Shown here: one piece after another, positions 1 through 10,153 of the stretch | Position numbering within the stretch: position 1 is the stretch's first letter | How the letters are laid out: each line of letters begins with the position of its first letter | Program-made: the position numbers and the translations under genes | The notes under the pieces: generated by a model | Told to the model about the DNA's origin: nothing | The model's input: only the letters and a program-made list of their open reading frames with translations | The model's database searches: none | Assembly (NCBI GenBank): GCA_944336475.1 | Contig: CALVLD010000005.1 | Span: 26,905-90,904, forward strand | DNA: 64,000 nucleotides | Direction of reading: 5' to 3' | Source of the DNA: an uncultured Clostridia bacterium | Lineage (GTDB): Bacteria > Bacillota > Clostridia > Christensenellales > CAG-138

Positions 1-74
1 CTCGTTTGGCATAAATTACGCTGTTTTGCTCCATGATGGGGCGGAATAATATTATTAAACGGAGGTAGACGGTT

Positions 75-206
75 ATGACAAAGCGCAGCGAGCTATGGAG
101 CAGGTTTGAAAAAAGCGGCAGACTGACGGACTATCTTGCCTACCGCAGAGAGCTGGCAGACGCAGAACAGGAGCCCGCTAATCCGGAGTGTAACCCAACT
201 CCCTAA
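75..206 (+). CDS. small YqzL-like protein (43 aa)
   Basis: ATG at 75 is preceded by GGAGG (61-65). It translates to MTKRSELWSRFEKSGRLTDYLAYRRELADAEQEPANPECNPTP. The W..F..SG...DYL.Y core resembles YqzL-family peptides found beside era in Bacillus-type clusters. It is below the ORF-track size cutoff. Its 3-prime end overlaps the era stop convergently by 29 nt. Confidence 0.45.
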   Translation: MTKRSELWSRFEKSGRLTDYLAYRRELADAEQEPANPECNPTP

Positions 207-1074
207 GGGCGTTTGCGCTGTTGCGCCAATCCGGGCGGGTCTTTACCCATATCTGAAGGTTTACCTTCGTGTCGAAGAAAGCCTCGATCTCAGGTCTCGC
301 TGCGGTGCCTATCTTTTTAAGCATTGCGCCACCGTGTCCTATTATCATGCCCTTGTGGGACTCCTTTTCACAATAAATAGTAGCAAGAACATCGGTTATA
401 TCGTCGTCACGCAACTTTATACCGTCTATATCGACGCCGATACCATGAGGGATCTCGTCCCGAAGCAACGTAAGCGTCTTTTCACGGATTATCTCTGAGC
501 ACATCATGCGGATGGGGCGGTCTGTCACCATATCTTCAGGATAATACATGGGGCCTTCCGTCAGATACCCCTTCAATATTGCCTCAAGCTTTTCGATGTT
601 CCTGCCCGTTGCTGCGGATATTGGTACGATATTCTTAATCCAGCTCTCCCGTTCGAGCCGCTCTCTGATCTCCTCCGTATCGCCAAAGCTCACCCGGTCT
701 GTCTTATTTATTGCGGCAACGACCGGTATCGAACCCACCTTGACGGAGAGCGTTGCAAGCAATGCTTCGTCCATATCACGGATGCCCTTTGAGGCATCAA
801 GCATGAGCAGCACCGCCTCGACATCATTCAGCGAGTCAAACGCAACCTTCAGCATATACTCGCCGAGACGGTTCTTGGCGCCTGTAACGCCCGGGGTGTC
901 GAGAAAGATCATCTGATAGCCCTTGCGCGTGACTACACCTGCAATACGGTTACGGGTCGTCTGCGCGCGATCGGAAACAATGCTGACCTTCTGCCCCACC
1001 ATGCGGTTCATAAGCGTTGATTTGCCAACATTAGGCGAACCGATTATGACGATGAAACCGGACAGATAACTCAT
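178..1074 (-). CDS. era: GTPase Era
   Basis: GSPNVGKSTL P-loop, DTPG and NKTD GTPase motifs, and a C-terminal KH-like region. Conserved position after cdd; the start overlaps the cdd stop. Confidence 0.95.
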   Translation of the reverse strand: MSYLSGFIVIIGSPNVGKSTLMNRMVGQKVSIVSDRAQTTRNRIAGVVTRKGYQMIFLDTPGVTGAKNRLGEYMLKVAFDSLNDVEAVLLMLDASKGIRDMDEALLATLSVKVGSIPVVAAINKTDRVSFGDTEEIRERLERESWIKNIVPISAATGRNIEKLEAILKGYLTEGPMYYPEDMVTDRPIRMMCSEIIREKTLTLLRDEIPHGIGVDIDGIKLRDDDITDVLATIYCEKESHKGMIIGHGGAMLKKIGTAARPEIEAFFDTKVNLQIWVKTRPDWRNSANALRELGYTPD

Positions 1075-1490
1075 ACCGTCTGCATATCCTTCTTCATAAA
1101 CGCAATGGGCAGCAGCTCGCCGAGCTCGAACAGCTCATAGTTGCCGTCTTTATCGGCGCAGATCACCGGCATATCCGGGTCGCAGAACTCCGCAAGTACC
1201 TGACGGCACACGCCGCACGGAGCGGTGCAGTTGAGACTGTCTGATATTATGGCTATTGCCTCAAAGTATCTTTCGCCCTCATAAACAGCCTTGAACATTG
1301 CCGTGCGCTCCGCACAGCTTGTCGGCGTAAATGCGGCATTCTCAATATTGCATCCGAGATAGTACGCACCCGAACCTGTTTTTACGCATGCTCCGACACG
1401 GAAGCCGGAGTACGGCACATATGCCCTCTCTCTCGCCTCCGCAGCAAGGCGAAGCATATTTTTGATCTCAAACTCGTGGATATTCTTCAT
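1071..1490 (-). CDS. cdd: cytidine deaminase
   Basis: 139 aa with zinc-ligand motifs CAERTA and PCGVCRQ. Conserved ybeY-cdd-era context. Confidence 0.93.
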   Translation of the reverse strand: MKNIHEFEIKNMLRLAAEARERAYVPYSGFRVGACVKTGSGAYYLGCNIENAAFTPTSCAERTAMFKAVYEGERYFEAIAIISDSLNCTAPCGVCRQVLAEFCDPDMPVICADKDGNYELFELGELLPIAFMKKDMQTV

Positions 1491-1496
1491 CCTGTT

Positions 1497-1937
1497 CTAC
1501 CCCTCTTCAAATATTTCACGCTGTTTCGCCGTCATTATCTCCTCATCCTCCGGGAGCATATGGTCGTATCCCAATATGTGCAGCGTGCCGTGAACAGCAA
1601 GGAATTTGACTTCCCTTGCGGTGCTGTGCCCAAGTTCCTCAGCCTGCCGCCGTGCCGTTTCAATGGAAATCATTATGTCCCCCAGATGATTGTCCTGCGG
1701 ACAGAGGAGTTGATCCCCCTCTGCAGTTGGAAAGCTCAGCACATCGGTCGGGCGGTCGACGCCACGATACTCACGGTTACAGGCATGTATGCACTCGTCA
1801 TTGGTGAGCTCAACACATATCTCGCCTACTGCCCCCTCGTGCGCAAGCGCCGACAGCACACCCTGCCTCGCCGCCTCGCAAAGCTCGGCGTTGCCGTCTA
1901 TATCCTCTGCGATTATTACAGCCGTCCGCTCAGTCAT
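1497..1937 (-). CDS. ybeY: rRNA maturation endoribonuclease YbeY
   Basis: 146 aa with the HGTLHILGYDH metal-binding motif. 4-nt overlap with the upstream HD-hydrolase gene. Confidence 0.93.
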   Translation of the reverse strand: MTERTAVIIAEDIDGNAELCEAARQGVLSALAHEGAVGEICVELTNDECIHACNREYRGVDRPTDVLSFPTAEGDQLLCPQDNHLGDIMISIETARRQAEELGHSTAREVKFLAVHGTLHILGYDHMLPEDEEIMTAKQREIFEEG

Positions 1938-3373
1938 CGTACATCGATATCCTCCAAATCAGGATACTCCACACGCTCATGGTGGAGCGCGGCAAATGTT
2001 TTGATGAAGCTGCCTTCTATCTCCCGTATCTCAGCAAATGTGAGCGGTGAATGCCATAGCATGGCGTCGCTCTTATTCCACTTATGTGCAATAACGTCGT
2101 GCACCTTTGCCTGAATATCCTTCATCGTAGGGTTCTGCATTGAGCGCACCGCAGCCTCGCAGCAGTCGGCAAGCATGACTATTGCGCTCTCCTTTGATGA
2201 GGGCTTTTTAGAGGGATACCGGAACTGCTTTTCATCCACCTGCGCCCCGTTGGGAGCCATGCGTTTTGCCTTGTCGTAAAAATACACCATCACTGAGTCA
2301 CCGTGGTGCTCTCCAACTATGCGTATGACATCCCCAGGAAGGCGGTGCTTTGTGAGCAGCGTCACACCGTCACGCTGATGAGCAATTATGCGCTGTGCGC
2401 TCTCAAATGGATCAAGCTCATCATGGATGTTGTAATCGGGCTTTTGATTCTCCCTAAAGTACAGGGGACTCCTCAGCTTGCCAACATCGTGGTAATATGC
2501 GCCTACCTTGCACAGAAGGGCGTTCGCACCTATCTTTTCGGCGGCGGCCTCGGCAAGGGACGCCACCAACACCGAGTGATGATACGTCCCCGGTGCTTCA
2601 AGCATAAGACGCTTAATAAGGGGATTGTCATTGTTCAACAGCTCGTTGAGCCTTGCATCCGTTGCAACATCGAACAGCGTCTCAAAAAGCGGCATGATCC
2701 CTACGGTAACTATCCCACAGAGCACCGCACTGCCAGCCGTCCATAACAGCGATCTCCAATAATCCGCAAAGTCTACGGAGTGCATCAGCATCACGCCGGC
2801 GAATGCCAAAAGCGCAACTGCACCCGCTATGGCGGAGGCGATTATGGTAGTACTGCGCGTACGTCGCATACGCAGAGAATACACCGCTGCGATGCCGCTG
2901 ACAAGTGTTGCGCACATCCCAGCCAGCGGAACATAGTCGGCTTCGGCGGTTATCGAGGAGATGACGCCCGTTGAGATTGTACAAATAAATATGGACGCCA
3001 GTGCAGCATGCTCGTCCACCATGAGTGAAAGCAGCATCACTGCAATAAGCATCGGCGAGAATCCCGCATCGACACGGAGCATAAGCAGCGCAAGCAGCTC
3101 CACTACAAGCAGGCTTATCGAGATCATCATCATCTTCCTTGGGCTTTCCATGACCTCTGCCGATGCGAAACGGAGATGCACCGCAAATTCGGCGAATGCA
3201 AGCAGGAGCACAAGCGCACTGCCGAGTATGTTGATGGTGGATCTCCCCTCATTGAGGGAAGATATTGAAAGGAAAACCGACGTGATGACAAACACTGTTG
3301 CCAGCATGCAATACGCCATGGGACGCTTTATCTTACGGATACCGTATGACCGCACATTCTTCTGCTTTGCCAT
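1934..3373 (-). CDS. multi-pass membrane HD/HDIG phosphohydrolase (YqfF/PgpH-like)
   Basis: A hydrophobic N-terminal half is followed by an HD domain (HHSVLVA...YYHDVGK). The preferred start is ATG 3373, preceded by AAGGAGG. The longer track ORF (to 3460) would overlap phoH. Confidence 0.85.
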   Translation of the reverse strand: MAKQKNVRSYGIRKIKRPMAYCMLATVFVITSVFLSISSLNEGRSTINILGSALVLLLAFAEFAVHLRFASAEVMESPRKMMMISISLLVVELLALLMLRVDAGFSPMLIAVMLLSLMVDEHAALASIFICTISTGVISSITAEADYVPLAGMCATLVSGIAAVYSLRMRRTRSTTIIASAIAGAVALLAFAGVMLMHSVDFADYWRSLLWTAGSAVLCGIVTVGIMPLFETLFDVATDARLNELLNNDNPLIKRLMLEAPGTYHHSVLVASLAEAAAEKIGANALLCKVGAYYHDVGKLRSPLYFRENQKPDYNIHDELDPFESAQRIIAHQRDGVTLLTKHRLPGDVIRIVGEHHGDSVMVYFYDKAKRMAPNGAQVDEKQFRYPSKKPSSKESAIVMLADCCEAAVRSMQNPTMKDIQAKVHDVIAHKWNKSDAMLWHSPLTFAEIREIEGSFIKTFAALHHERVEYPDLEDIDVR

Positions 3374-3383
3374 GCTATCCTCC

Positions 3384-4370
3384 TTAACTGTTTGCTCGTT
3401 TCTCCGCAGCCTTCTCATATGCGCGGACAATCCTTTGAACCATCTCATGCCGCACGACATCTCGCGCAGTTAGATAGACCATGCTTATACCCTCAACATC
3501 ATTCAACACATGCAGCGCATGGACAAGACCGCTCCGTTTCTCCTGCGGAAGGTCTATCTGTGTTATATCACCCGTGACCACTACTCGGGAGCCCTCGCCA
3601 AAACGTGTGAGGAACATCTTCATCTGCTCGATAGTACAGTTCTGCGCCTCGTCTAATATTATGTAGGCATTGTTAAGCGTCCTCCCTCGCATGTAAGCAA
3701 GAGGTGCGACCTCTATCACCCCACGTTCAGAAAGGAGCTTGAAATTCTCTGCGCCGAGAAAATCATACAGGGCATCGTAAAGCGGACGGAGATATGGATC
3801 GACCTTATTCTGAAGGTCTCCGGGAAGGAAGCCCAGCTTCTCCCCCGCCTCCACAGCAGGACGGGTCAGTATTATTCTGTCGACCTCCTTGTTCTTATAG
3901 GCAAGCACCGCCATTGCTACTGCAAGATACGTCTTTCCTGTGCCCGCAGGACCAACGCCGAACACAACGGTGCTTCGCTTCATCGCCTGAACGTATTTCT
4001 TCTGTCCGAGGGTTTTGCACTTTATCTGTTTGCCTTTGTTGGTGAAGGCGACCACGTCGTCCGCAAGCTCAAGTATGAGATCGGCATTGCCCTCCTTTGC
4101 AAGGTCAATTGCGTAGCGTATGCGGCCACGGTCGATATTCTCACCCCTGCGGATCAGCGCAAGCAGCTTGCCTATCACTGCCTCGGCCGCAGACACCGAC
4201 TGTTCCGCACCGGTGATCTTGATGTGTTCGCCTGCTGCGGATATGTGTGAACCTGTTTCTGCCTCAATTATTTTGAGATTTTCGTCGAACACACCGAAGA
4301 GCCTAATGAGCTCGTCCATCTGCTCAACCTCAACGGATGCTTCGATAATGCGTTCTTCCAGTTCTTCCAT
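3384..4370 (-). CDS. phoH: PhoH-family ATPase
   Basis: 328 aa with Walker A GPAGTGKTYLAVA. Conserved position between yqfD and the HD hydrolase. Confidence 0.92.
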   Translation of the reverse strand: MEELEERIIEASVEVEQMDELIRLFGVFDENLKIIEAETGSHISAAGEHIKITGAEQSVSAAEAVIGKLLALIRRGENIDRGRIRYAIDLAKEGNADLILELADDVVAFTNKGKQIKCKTLGQKKYVQAMKRSTVVFGVGPAGTGKTYLAVAMAVLAYKNKEVDRIILTRPAVEAGEKLGFLPGDLQNKVDPYLRPLYDALYDFLGAENFKLLSERGVIEVAPLAYMRGRTLNNAYIILDEAQNCTIEQMKMFLTRFGEGSRVVVTGDITQIDLPQEKRSGLVHALHVLNDVEGISMVYLTARDVVRHEMVQRIVRAYEKAAEKRANS

Positions 4371-5519
4371 CTATAGGTACCTCTTGCTGCCGATAGTTTC
4401 TATCGTTTCGACAGTTAAATAAACTTTTACACCATCCGCACTCCACAAGCAGTTGTGGGTCACGGAGATGATGCTTGCCGATTTGGAAAGCATGCGCTTA
4501 AGCTCCTCCTGTGCGGCAATGAGCGCCCTCGTTTCAGTCTCGACGGCCGTCTCGGTGAAGGGCTGTTCTGTCAGCTCATAACACACCATGGTGTATGCAG
4601 CGATCGGTATACCACACCCGTCTATTATGCGCCGAGAGACGTATTCTAAATCATAATACTCGTACGGCAGCTCGGGTATGAATTCATGTCCGAATATCTG
4701 AATGACAGTGAGCCGCTCGCTGTTTCCGCTCCTTTGAAGCCTTGTGGTGCCCTGTGCTGCAGAGGCAGTCGCATTGTAGAGCACACGCCCCTTTATCTCC
4801 CCCTCTGCATGCACGGCAAAGCCTTCTTTCTGCTCGGACAAATCGCCGGATATAAGAAGCTGCCCAGCCAAGACGACATCCCCAACCTTAACAGCCGCAC
4901 GCCCACGTGTCACGGATATGGAAGTTATCACGCAATCCTTGTCGGCGTATATGCTTGCCGGGCGGTCATCCCCCTCCGTCACGGAGAAATCATCGGCTGC
5001 GGTTGCATGTATATCCAGCACCACGCCGTTGAGCTCTACATCGGCATGAACCACACCAATGTCTCCTCCGGAAATGAGCTTGCCAACATGCGTCGGATGT
5101 ATGCTACGCCTTGCAGTGCCAACGCCTATACCCTCATCCGAAAGTATTTGCATAACGGCTTCCCTGTCGATCCCTACGCCATCTATATCGATGTGCCACA
5201 CCCTTGTTGATGCCAACACGAGCAATATAAAGGCTATGGCAGCGCCTGCGGCAAGCAGACGGTTTCGGCGTATCGCAAACGCTATCATGGGTGCGCCATG
5301 CTTTTGAAGTATATGCACGCTACACCCACAGCCACGAACTGCAATGCGCAGACGTTTCAAATCGCGCATGGCAACATCGGCGGTAAGCGCGCCGCCGACG
5401 CACCTTTGGACGTCGGTAAGCGCTATACCCTCAGACGCGGCACGGTTAAGAACCCGCTCCTGATTTAGACCGCTTACCCTTATTCTAACATATCCTTTGA
5501 CTGATTTCCATATGTTCAT
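4371..5519 (-). CDS. yqfD: sporulation protein YqfD
   Basis: 382 aa with one central TM segment. Conserved yqfC-yqfD-phoH order of endospore formers. Confidence 0.85.
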   Translation of the reverse strand: MNIWKSVKGYVRIRVSGLNQERVLNRAASEGIALTDVQRCVGGALTADVAMRDLKRLRIAVRGCGCSVHILQKHGAPMIAFAIRRNRLLAAGAAIAFILLVLASTRVWHIDIDGVGIDREAVMQILSDEGIGVGTARRSIHPTHVGKLISGGDIGVVHADVELNGVVLDIHATAADDFSVTEGDDRPASIYADKDCVITSISVTRGRAAVKVGDVVLAGQLLISGDLSEQKEGFAVHAEGEIKGRVLYNATASAAQGTTRLQRSGNSERLTVIQIFGHEFIPELPYEYYDLEYVSRRIIDGCGIPIAAYTMVCYELTEQPFTETAVETETRALIAAQEELKRMLSKSASIISVTHNCLWSADGVKVYLTVETIETIGSKRYL

Positions 5520-5549
5520 TGCAGTTTATCACCATCCGCAGCCTATTTT

Positions 5550-5837
5550 TCACTCAAAAGTTATTGATTTTACCATGCCGTTGATTAAAATGCGTTCATT
5601 ATCCATGCTGCTTGCGCTCATTCGTTCTCCTTCTATATGTATTATGCCGCAGGAGGAAATTATGCGAAAGCAGCTTTCATCCATACGCAGCACTCCCCCG
5701 GGCTCAGAGATGCTCATATACCTGTTTCCGGCAAGCGTGATGTATGGCAAATCACACGACACGTCGGGTGGCAGACTCACTGCTTTGAGTGCAGCGGCTG
5801 TTCTGCCTTTGGATTTTTTTATCTTTTTACCCTTCAC
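5550..5837 (-). CDS. yqfC: sporulation protein YqfC
   Basis: 95 aa. Size and position directly upstream of yqfD are typical. Confidence 0.8.
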   Translation of the reverse strand: MKGKKIKKSKGRTAAALKAVSLPPDVSCDLPYITLAGNRYMSISEPGGVLRMDESCFRIISSCGIIHIEGERMSASSMDNERILINGMVKSITFE

Positions 5838-5853
5838 CCAACAACCTCCGACC

Positions 5854-5882
5854 TTGAAAACAAGCGCAAACCGTGGTATGAT
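5854..5882 (+). promoter_or_regulatory. putative sigma-A promoter of copA
   Basis: TTGAAA (5854-5859), 17-nt spacer, TATGAT (5877-5882), about 45 nt upstream of the copA ATG. Confidence 0.35.
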
Positions 5883-5925
5883 TCCATAGATGATATGCTC
5901 TAAAATATGTTTTTAGGAGTGATTT

Positions 5926-8145
5926 ATGCTTAAAGAGTATTCCGTAACCGGCATGAGCTGCGCAGCATGTTCCGCTTCGGTCGAACGTGCGGTCAGGCGT
6001 ATTGATGGAGTCGAAGCCTGTTCCGTCAATCTTGCGGCAGAGCGTTGCTATGTACGAAGCGCTGAGGATATAACCGAGAAGGTCATCGCCGCCATAGTGC
6101 GCACCGGGTTCGGCGCAACAGTTGTGGAAAGCCCTCGGCTTCAATCAAAGCTCGATGAGGAACGCAGGCTTAAAAAGGCTCGTTCAGACAGAATACGTCT
6201 GGTTGTAGCTCTTGTGTTTGCCGCCCTTCTGTTGTATGTATCCATGTCGCACATGGTAGGGCTCCCCTGCCCTTTTGGGCCTGAGAAGGATGCGGTAGTT
6301 TTTGCACTTGTCCAACTCGGGCTTTTGACGCCAATCGTTGTTGTCGGGCTCGGCTTTTACCGACGTGGGCTCTCTGCAATCATGAAGCTGCACCCAAACA
6401 TGGATTCCCTCATAGCTGTGGGCACGCTTGCTTCCATAGGGTATTCCCTTTACATAACCATAAGACTGATTTTGGAGCTGCCTGCGGATGCGCACGAGCT
6501 CTATTATGAATCAGCAGGTGTTATAATCGCACTCGTGATGCTTGGCAAGTATCTTGAAAGCCGTGCAAAGCGTCGCACGGGTGAGGCTGTTGCAGCGCTT
6601 ATGAAGCTGACGCCCGATACCGCAGCCATAGTCACCGCAGATGGTGAAAAGCAATGCAATGTCGATGAGCTTGTGGTTGGAGATATTATCCGCATCCGTC
6701 CGGGAGAATCCATACCCGTGGACGGTGTTATCATCGACGGTGCAACATCCGTTGACGAGTCCATGCTGACTGGGGAGAGCATACCCATTGAAAAGACGGT
6801 CGGCGATCCTCTCACCGGTGGAAGCATCAATATAAACGGCGGCATACTCATGAAGGCCATGCGCACGGGGGATGACACAGCCCTTGCAGGAATGATACGA
6901 ATGGTCGAGGAGGCTCAGGGGAGCAAAGCTCCCATCGCCAACCTTGCCGACAGGATAAGCGCAGTATTCGTGCCCGTTGTCGCCGCAATAGCGGTACTGT
7001 CTTTTATAGTGTGGCTTATTGCCGGTGAGCCGTTTGGCACTGCGTTGAAGATAGGCGTGTCCGTGCTTGTTGTAGCCTGCCCGTGCGCTCTGGGTCTTGC
7101 TACACCCACGGCATTGATAGTCGGCATGGGGCGCGGTGCTTCCATGGGCGTGTTCATAAAAAACGGCGAGGCTCTTCAGGGAGTGTGCGGAATAGATGCG
7201 ATCGTGCTTGACAAGACCGGAACTCTCACGGTTGGCAAGCCGCAGGTACAGAGGGTCGAGGCAGCCGATGGGGTCGATGAATTGGAGCTGCTCAGGCTGT
7301 TTGCAGTATGTGAGTCGCCTTCGGAGCATCCGCTTGCCCGTGCGATAACGGGCTACTGCAAGGAGCAGGGCATAGAAATAGAGAGTCCTTCTTCGTTCAC
7401 CGCAAGCATCGGCAGGGGCGTTACCGCCGAATACATGGGAATGAAGCTCATAGCAGGCGACTCAAGGATACTGTGTGAAAACGGCATTGATTTTGATGCA
7501 GAGAGCTATGAATGCATGGAGCGTGGCGGATTCACGGTGATAGCGCTTGCCTGCAATGGCAGGTATATTGGTGCTGTGGGTATTGCCGACCCGATAAAGC
7601 ACGATGCAGCGAAAACGGTTGCAACTCTGCACGATATGCATATTGAGACACACCTTGTGACAGGTGACAACGGCGCCGCAGCAGCCAAGATCGCTGCCGA
7701 AGTAGGGATAACCCATGTCATAAGCCGTGCCCTGCCCGAGGATAAGCTGAACTATATCGCAACATTACAGCGTGAAGGCCGGCGCGTTGCAATGGTGGGC
7801 GACGGCGTGAATGATGCCGCAGCGCTTGCAGCCGCAGACATCGGCATCGCAATAGGCAGCGGAGCCGATGCCGCCATATCGGGCGCGGGGATAGTGCTGA
7901 CGGGCGACAGGCTGAGTGGAGTTACAGACGCCATAGCGCTCTCCCGTGCCACGCTTCGTGTTATCAAGCAGAACTTATTCTGGGCGTTTGCTTACAACTG
8001 TTTGGGGATTCCAGTTGCGGCGGGACTGCTGTATGCATTCGGCGGGCCGCTGCTCAACCCCATGCTTGCAGCGGCAGCAATGAGCCTCAGCTCCGTCACC
8101 GTGCTTTCAAACGCACTGCGCTTGAGGATGATTAAGCTGAAATAA
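5926..8145 (+). CDS. copA: copper-translocating P-type ATPase
   Basis: One N-terminal HMA domain (GMSCAAC), a CPC transmembrane motif, the DKTGT phosphorylation site and a GDGVNDA hinge. Confidence 0.93.
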   Translation: MLKEYSVTGMSCAACSASVERAVRRIDGVEACSVNLAAERCYVRSAEDITEKVIAAIVRTGFGATVVESPRLQSKLDEERRLKKARSDRIRLVVALVFAALLLYVSMSHMVGLPCPFGPEKDAVVFALVQLGLLTPIVVVGLGFYRRGLSAIMKLHPNMDSLIAVGTLASIGYSLYITIRLILELPADAHELYYESAGVIIALVMLGKYLESRAKRRTGEAVAALMKLTPDTAAIVTADGEKQCNVDELVVGDIIRIRPGESIPVDGVIIDGATSVDESMLTGESIPIEKTVGDPLTGGSININGGILMKAMRTGDDTALAGMIRMVEEAQGSKAPIANLADRISAVFVPVVAAIAVLSFIVWLIAGEPFGTALKIGVSVLVVACPCALGLATPTALIVGMGRGASMGVFIKNGEALQGVCGIDAIVLDKTGTLTVGKPQVQRVEAADGVDELELLRLFAVCESPSEHPLARAITGYCKEQGIEIESPSSFTASIGRGVTAEYMGMKLIAGDSRILCENGIDFDAESYECMERGGFTVIALACNGRYIGAVGIADPIKHDAAKTVATLHDMHIETHLVTGDNGAAAAKIAAEVGITHVISRALPEDKLNYIATLQREGRRVAMVGDGVNDAAALAAADIGIAIGSGADAAISGAGIVLTGDRLSGVTDAIALSRATLRVIKQNLFWAFAYNCLGIPVAAGLLYAFGGPLLNPMLAAAAMSLSSVTVLSNALRLRMIKLK

Positions 8146-8682
8146 TCAAGGGTGAACCCCGGCTTCAAGGTTGAACTCTATTGTAAACTCAAAATCCGTT
8201 ATCGTCATATCCGTGAGAACGTGGGCAAACAGTACGGTTTGCCCACTGTTCAATACAAGCAGATAGAGCCCGTCCCTGGTTTGGAGCTGTGCCCTTGCGA
8301 CCTCCTCCTCCCCCTCATAGAAAACTATGTCAACGGCGCATATTATCGGCTCCGGATACTCATTAAAGGCAACGCAATCCACGAATGTGTCACCGTTCTC
8401 CTCATACACCTGTATATTGCCAAACGTAATATAGTTGGTAAAGTGATCCGCCGATGTTATCGGATTGCCCAACGCATCGATATTTTCGGCATTGGAAGTA
8501 GCACTCGGCGTGACCTCCGGCGTGGGGTCGACAGTCGGCTCGACCATTGGCGCCGGAGTCGGAGAAGCTGTGGGCGGGACTGTAACGGACGGTAACAGCG
8601 TGGGCCGCATACTTGCACAGCTGGACAGCAGCATGCACAGCACAATGCCCCATATTATCATCAGAGTCCGTAATCCCTTCAT
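8146..8682 (-). CDS. hypothetical lipoprotein with Pro/Thr-rich linker
   Basis: The preferred start ATG 8682 gives MKGLRTLMIIWGIVLCMLLSSC, a signal peptide plus an L-S-S-C lipobox. It sits one nt after the lgt stop. Confidence 0.6.
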   Translation of the reverse strand: MKGLRTLMIIWGIVLCMLLSSCASMRPTLLPSVTVPPTASPTPAPMVEPTVDPTPEVTPSATSNAENIDALGNPITSADHFTNYITFGNIQVYEENGDTFVDCVAFNEYPEPIICAVDIVFYEGEEEVARAQLQTRDGLYLLVLNSGQTVLFAHVLTDMTITDFEFTIEFNLEAGVHP

Positions 8683-8683
8683 T

Positions 8684-9730
8684 TCACTCCTCTGTATCAC
8701 CAGCCTGCTCCGGAACCGGCTCCGCACAATCCTCTACGGTTGGCTCTTCACCGCTTTCCCCAGCAGCATTCTCTGCAGGGGTGGCCTGCTCATCATCGCC
8801 GTTTTTTCCGGCATCATTCTCCACGGGGGTGAGCATGTCACCGCTCTTATGCTTCTTCTGTCCCCAGTAAAGCGGGCCATAACCGGGACGATACACGATA
8901 TCAGCCGGCCATATGAGTATTCCACGGCGTTTTTCGATAACAGCACGAACTACTATGAATGCCAGGGACGCTACAAACAGCAGTCCGGAGAGGAGCTGCG
9001 ATACGCGGATACTGCCGAGCATGAGGCTGTCCGTCCTCAACCCCTCTACCAACATCCTCTCGAAACCATACATCATGAGGTATACCATCAGGAGATCGCC
9101 ACGGTGCCTTGCCCGTTTGCGGACGACAAGCCACAGCACGAGGAATATGATAAAACACCACACGGACTCATAGAAGAACGTGGCATAGTGCCATTCCTGC
9201 AGCTCGGTTATGTACACGGCAAGGGGGAATGTATGCGGGAACCCCTCGGCGACCACCCCGCCGAATGCCTCTTGATTGAAATAGTTACCCCAACGGCCAA
9301 TTGCCTGCGCAAGCACAAGCCCGGGCGCGACTATATCCGTGAGCGAGAGGAAGTATATCTTTTTATGCCGGGCATATATGAGTATGCCCAATACGCCGCC
9401 GATTATCGCCCCGTATATGGCAAGACCGCCGCTGCGAAGATTGAGCACGTTCTTAATGAACTCCCATACGGAAATACCTTCGTGCCAGAAGCGCAATGGT
9501 TCAAACACGACGTAGTAGAGCCTTGCTCCTATCACGCCAAGCGGCAGTACAAGCAGGCACAGATCGATCACGGTGTCCTTATGCATACCACGGCGCTTAG
9601 CCTCGTGCGAAGCGAGCAGAACAGCAAGAACAATGCCTACGAATATCAGGAATCCATACCAGTAGATATTGAAACCATCAAGCCCAATTGAGCTTCCCTT
9701 GATAAGGATATTTGAATACGGTGTTTCCAT
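8684..9730 (-). CDS. lgt: prolipoprotein diacylglyceryl transferase with acidic C-terminal tail
   Basis: Polytopic protein with the GRWGNYFNQE signature. Preferred start is ATG 9730 (METPYSN) with an AAGGAA upstream. About 70 aa of Asp/Glu/Pro-rich tail lie beyond the usual Lgt length. Confidence 0.9.
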   Translation of the reverse strand: METPYSNILIKGSSIGLDGFNIYWYGFLIFVGIVLAVLLASHEAKRRGMHKDTVIDLCLLVLPLGVIGARLYYVVFEPLRFWHEGISVWEFIKNVLNLRSGGLAIYGAIIGGVLGILIYARHKKIYFLSLTDIVAPGLVLAQAIGRWGNYFNQEAFGGVVAEGFPHTFPLAVYITELQEWHYATFFYESVWCFIIFLVLWLVVRKRARHRGDLLMVYLMMYGFERMLVEGLRTDSLMLGSIRVSQLLSGLLFVASLAFIVVRAVIEKRRGILIWPADIVYRPGYGPLYWGQKKHKSGDMLTPVENDAGKNGDDEQATPAENAAGESGEEPTVEDCAEPVPEQAGDTEE

Positions 9731-9901
9731 AGCTTTTCCTTTCAAAAGTTATTTGAATTACAGCACGGCAAAAGCCCTGTCCAGGGCATTATACAGCATT
9801 TGCCCGCAAAAATAAAGAGCAGCGCCGGCTATGACGGCAAAATTTGTTTGGGTGAATATGCAAACGGGGCCGAGCAGCTTCTGCTCGACCCTTATTTCAT
9901 G

Positions 9902-10150
9902 TTATTTCAAGTGGTTTTTTGTGAGAAAAATATCAAAGACGGCATCGAGTATACGACCATCCTCAAAGCCTGCAAGGTTGCCATCCTCCTGCTCCACAAG
10001 TATGAGCACTTCGGGCTCCGCATCGCCAATATCCGTTGGCATGAGCAGGACATACGTCTGCCCTTCATACTCTATGCGGTCAAGCACCTCGTACTCTATC
10101 GCTCCGCCCTCCTCATCAATGAGGTCAACTATCATTGGTTCGTCCGCCAT
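9902..10150 (-). CDS. small acidic protein resembling the DUF1292 family
   Basis: 82 aa: MADEPMIVDLIDEEGGAIEYEVLDRIEYEGQTYVLLMP..., typical of DUF1292 proteins of Firmicutes (family assigned from memory). Confidence 0.75.
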   Translation of the reverse strand: MADEPMIVDLIDEEGGAIEYEVLDRIEYEGQTYVLLMPTDIGDAEPEVLILVEQEDGNLAGFEDGRILDAVFDIFLTKNHLK

Positions 10151-10153
10151 AGT

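Noticed and set aside
1-34. Possible gene start on the minus strand (ATG at 34-32, MEQNSVIYAKR...) running off the left edge.
   Set aside because: Only 11 codons are visible and there is no recognisable RBS upstream. The product cannot be identified.
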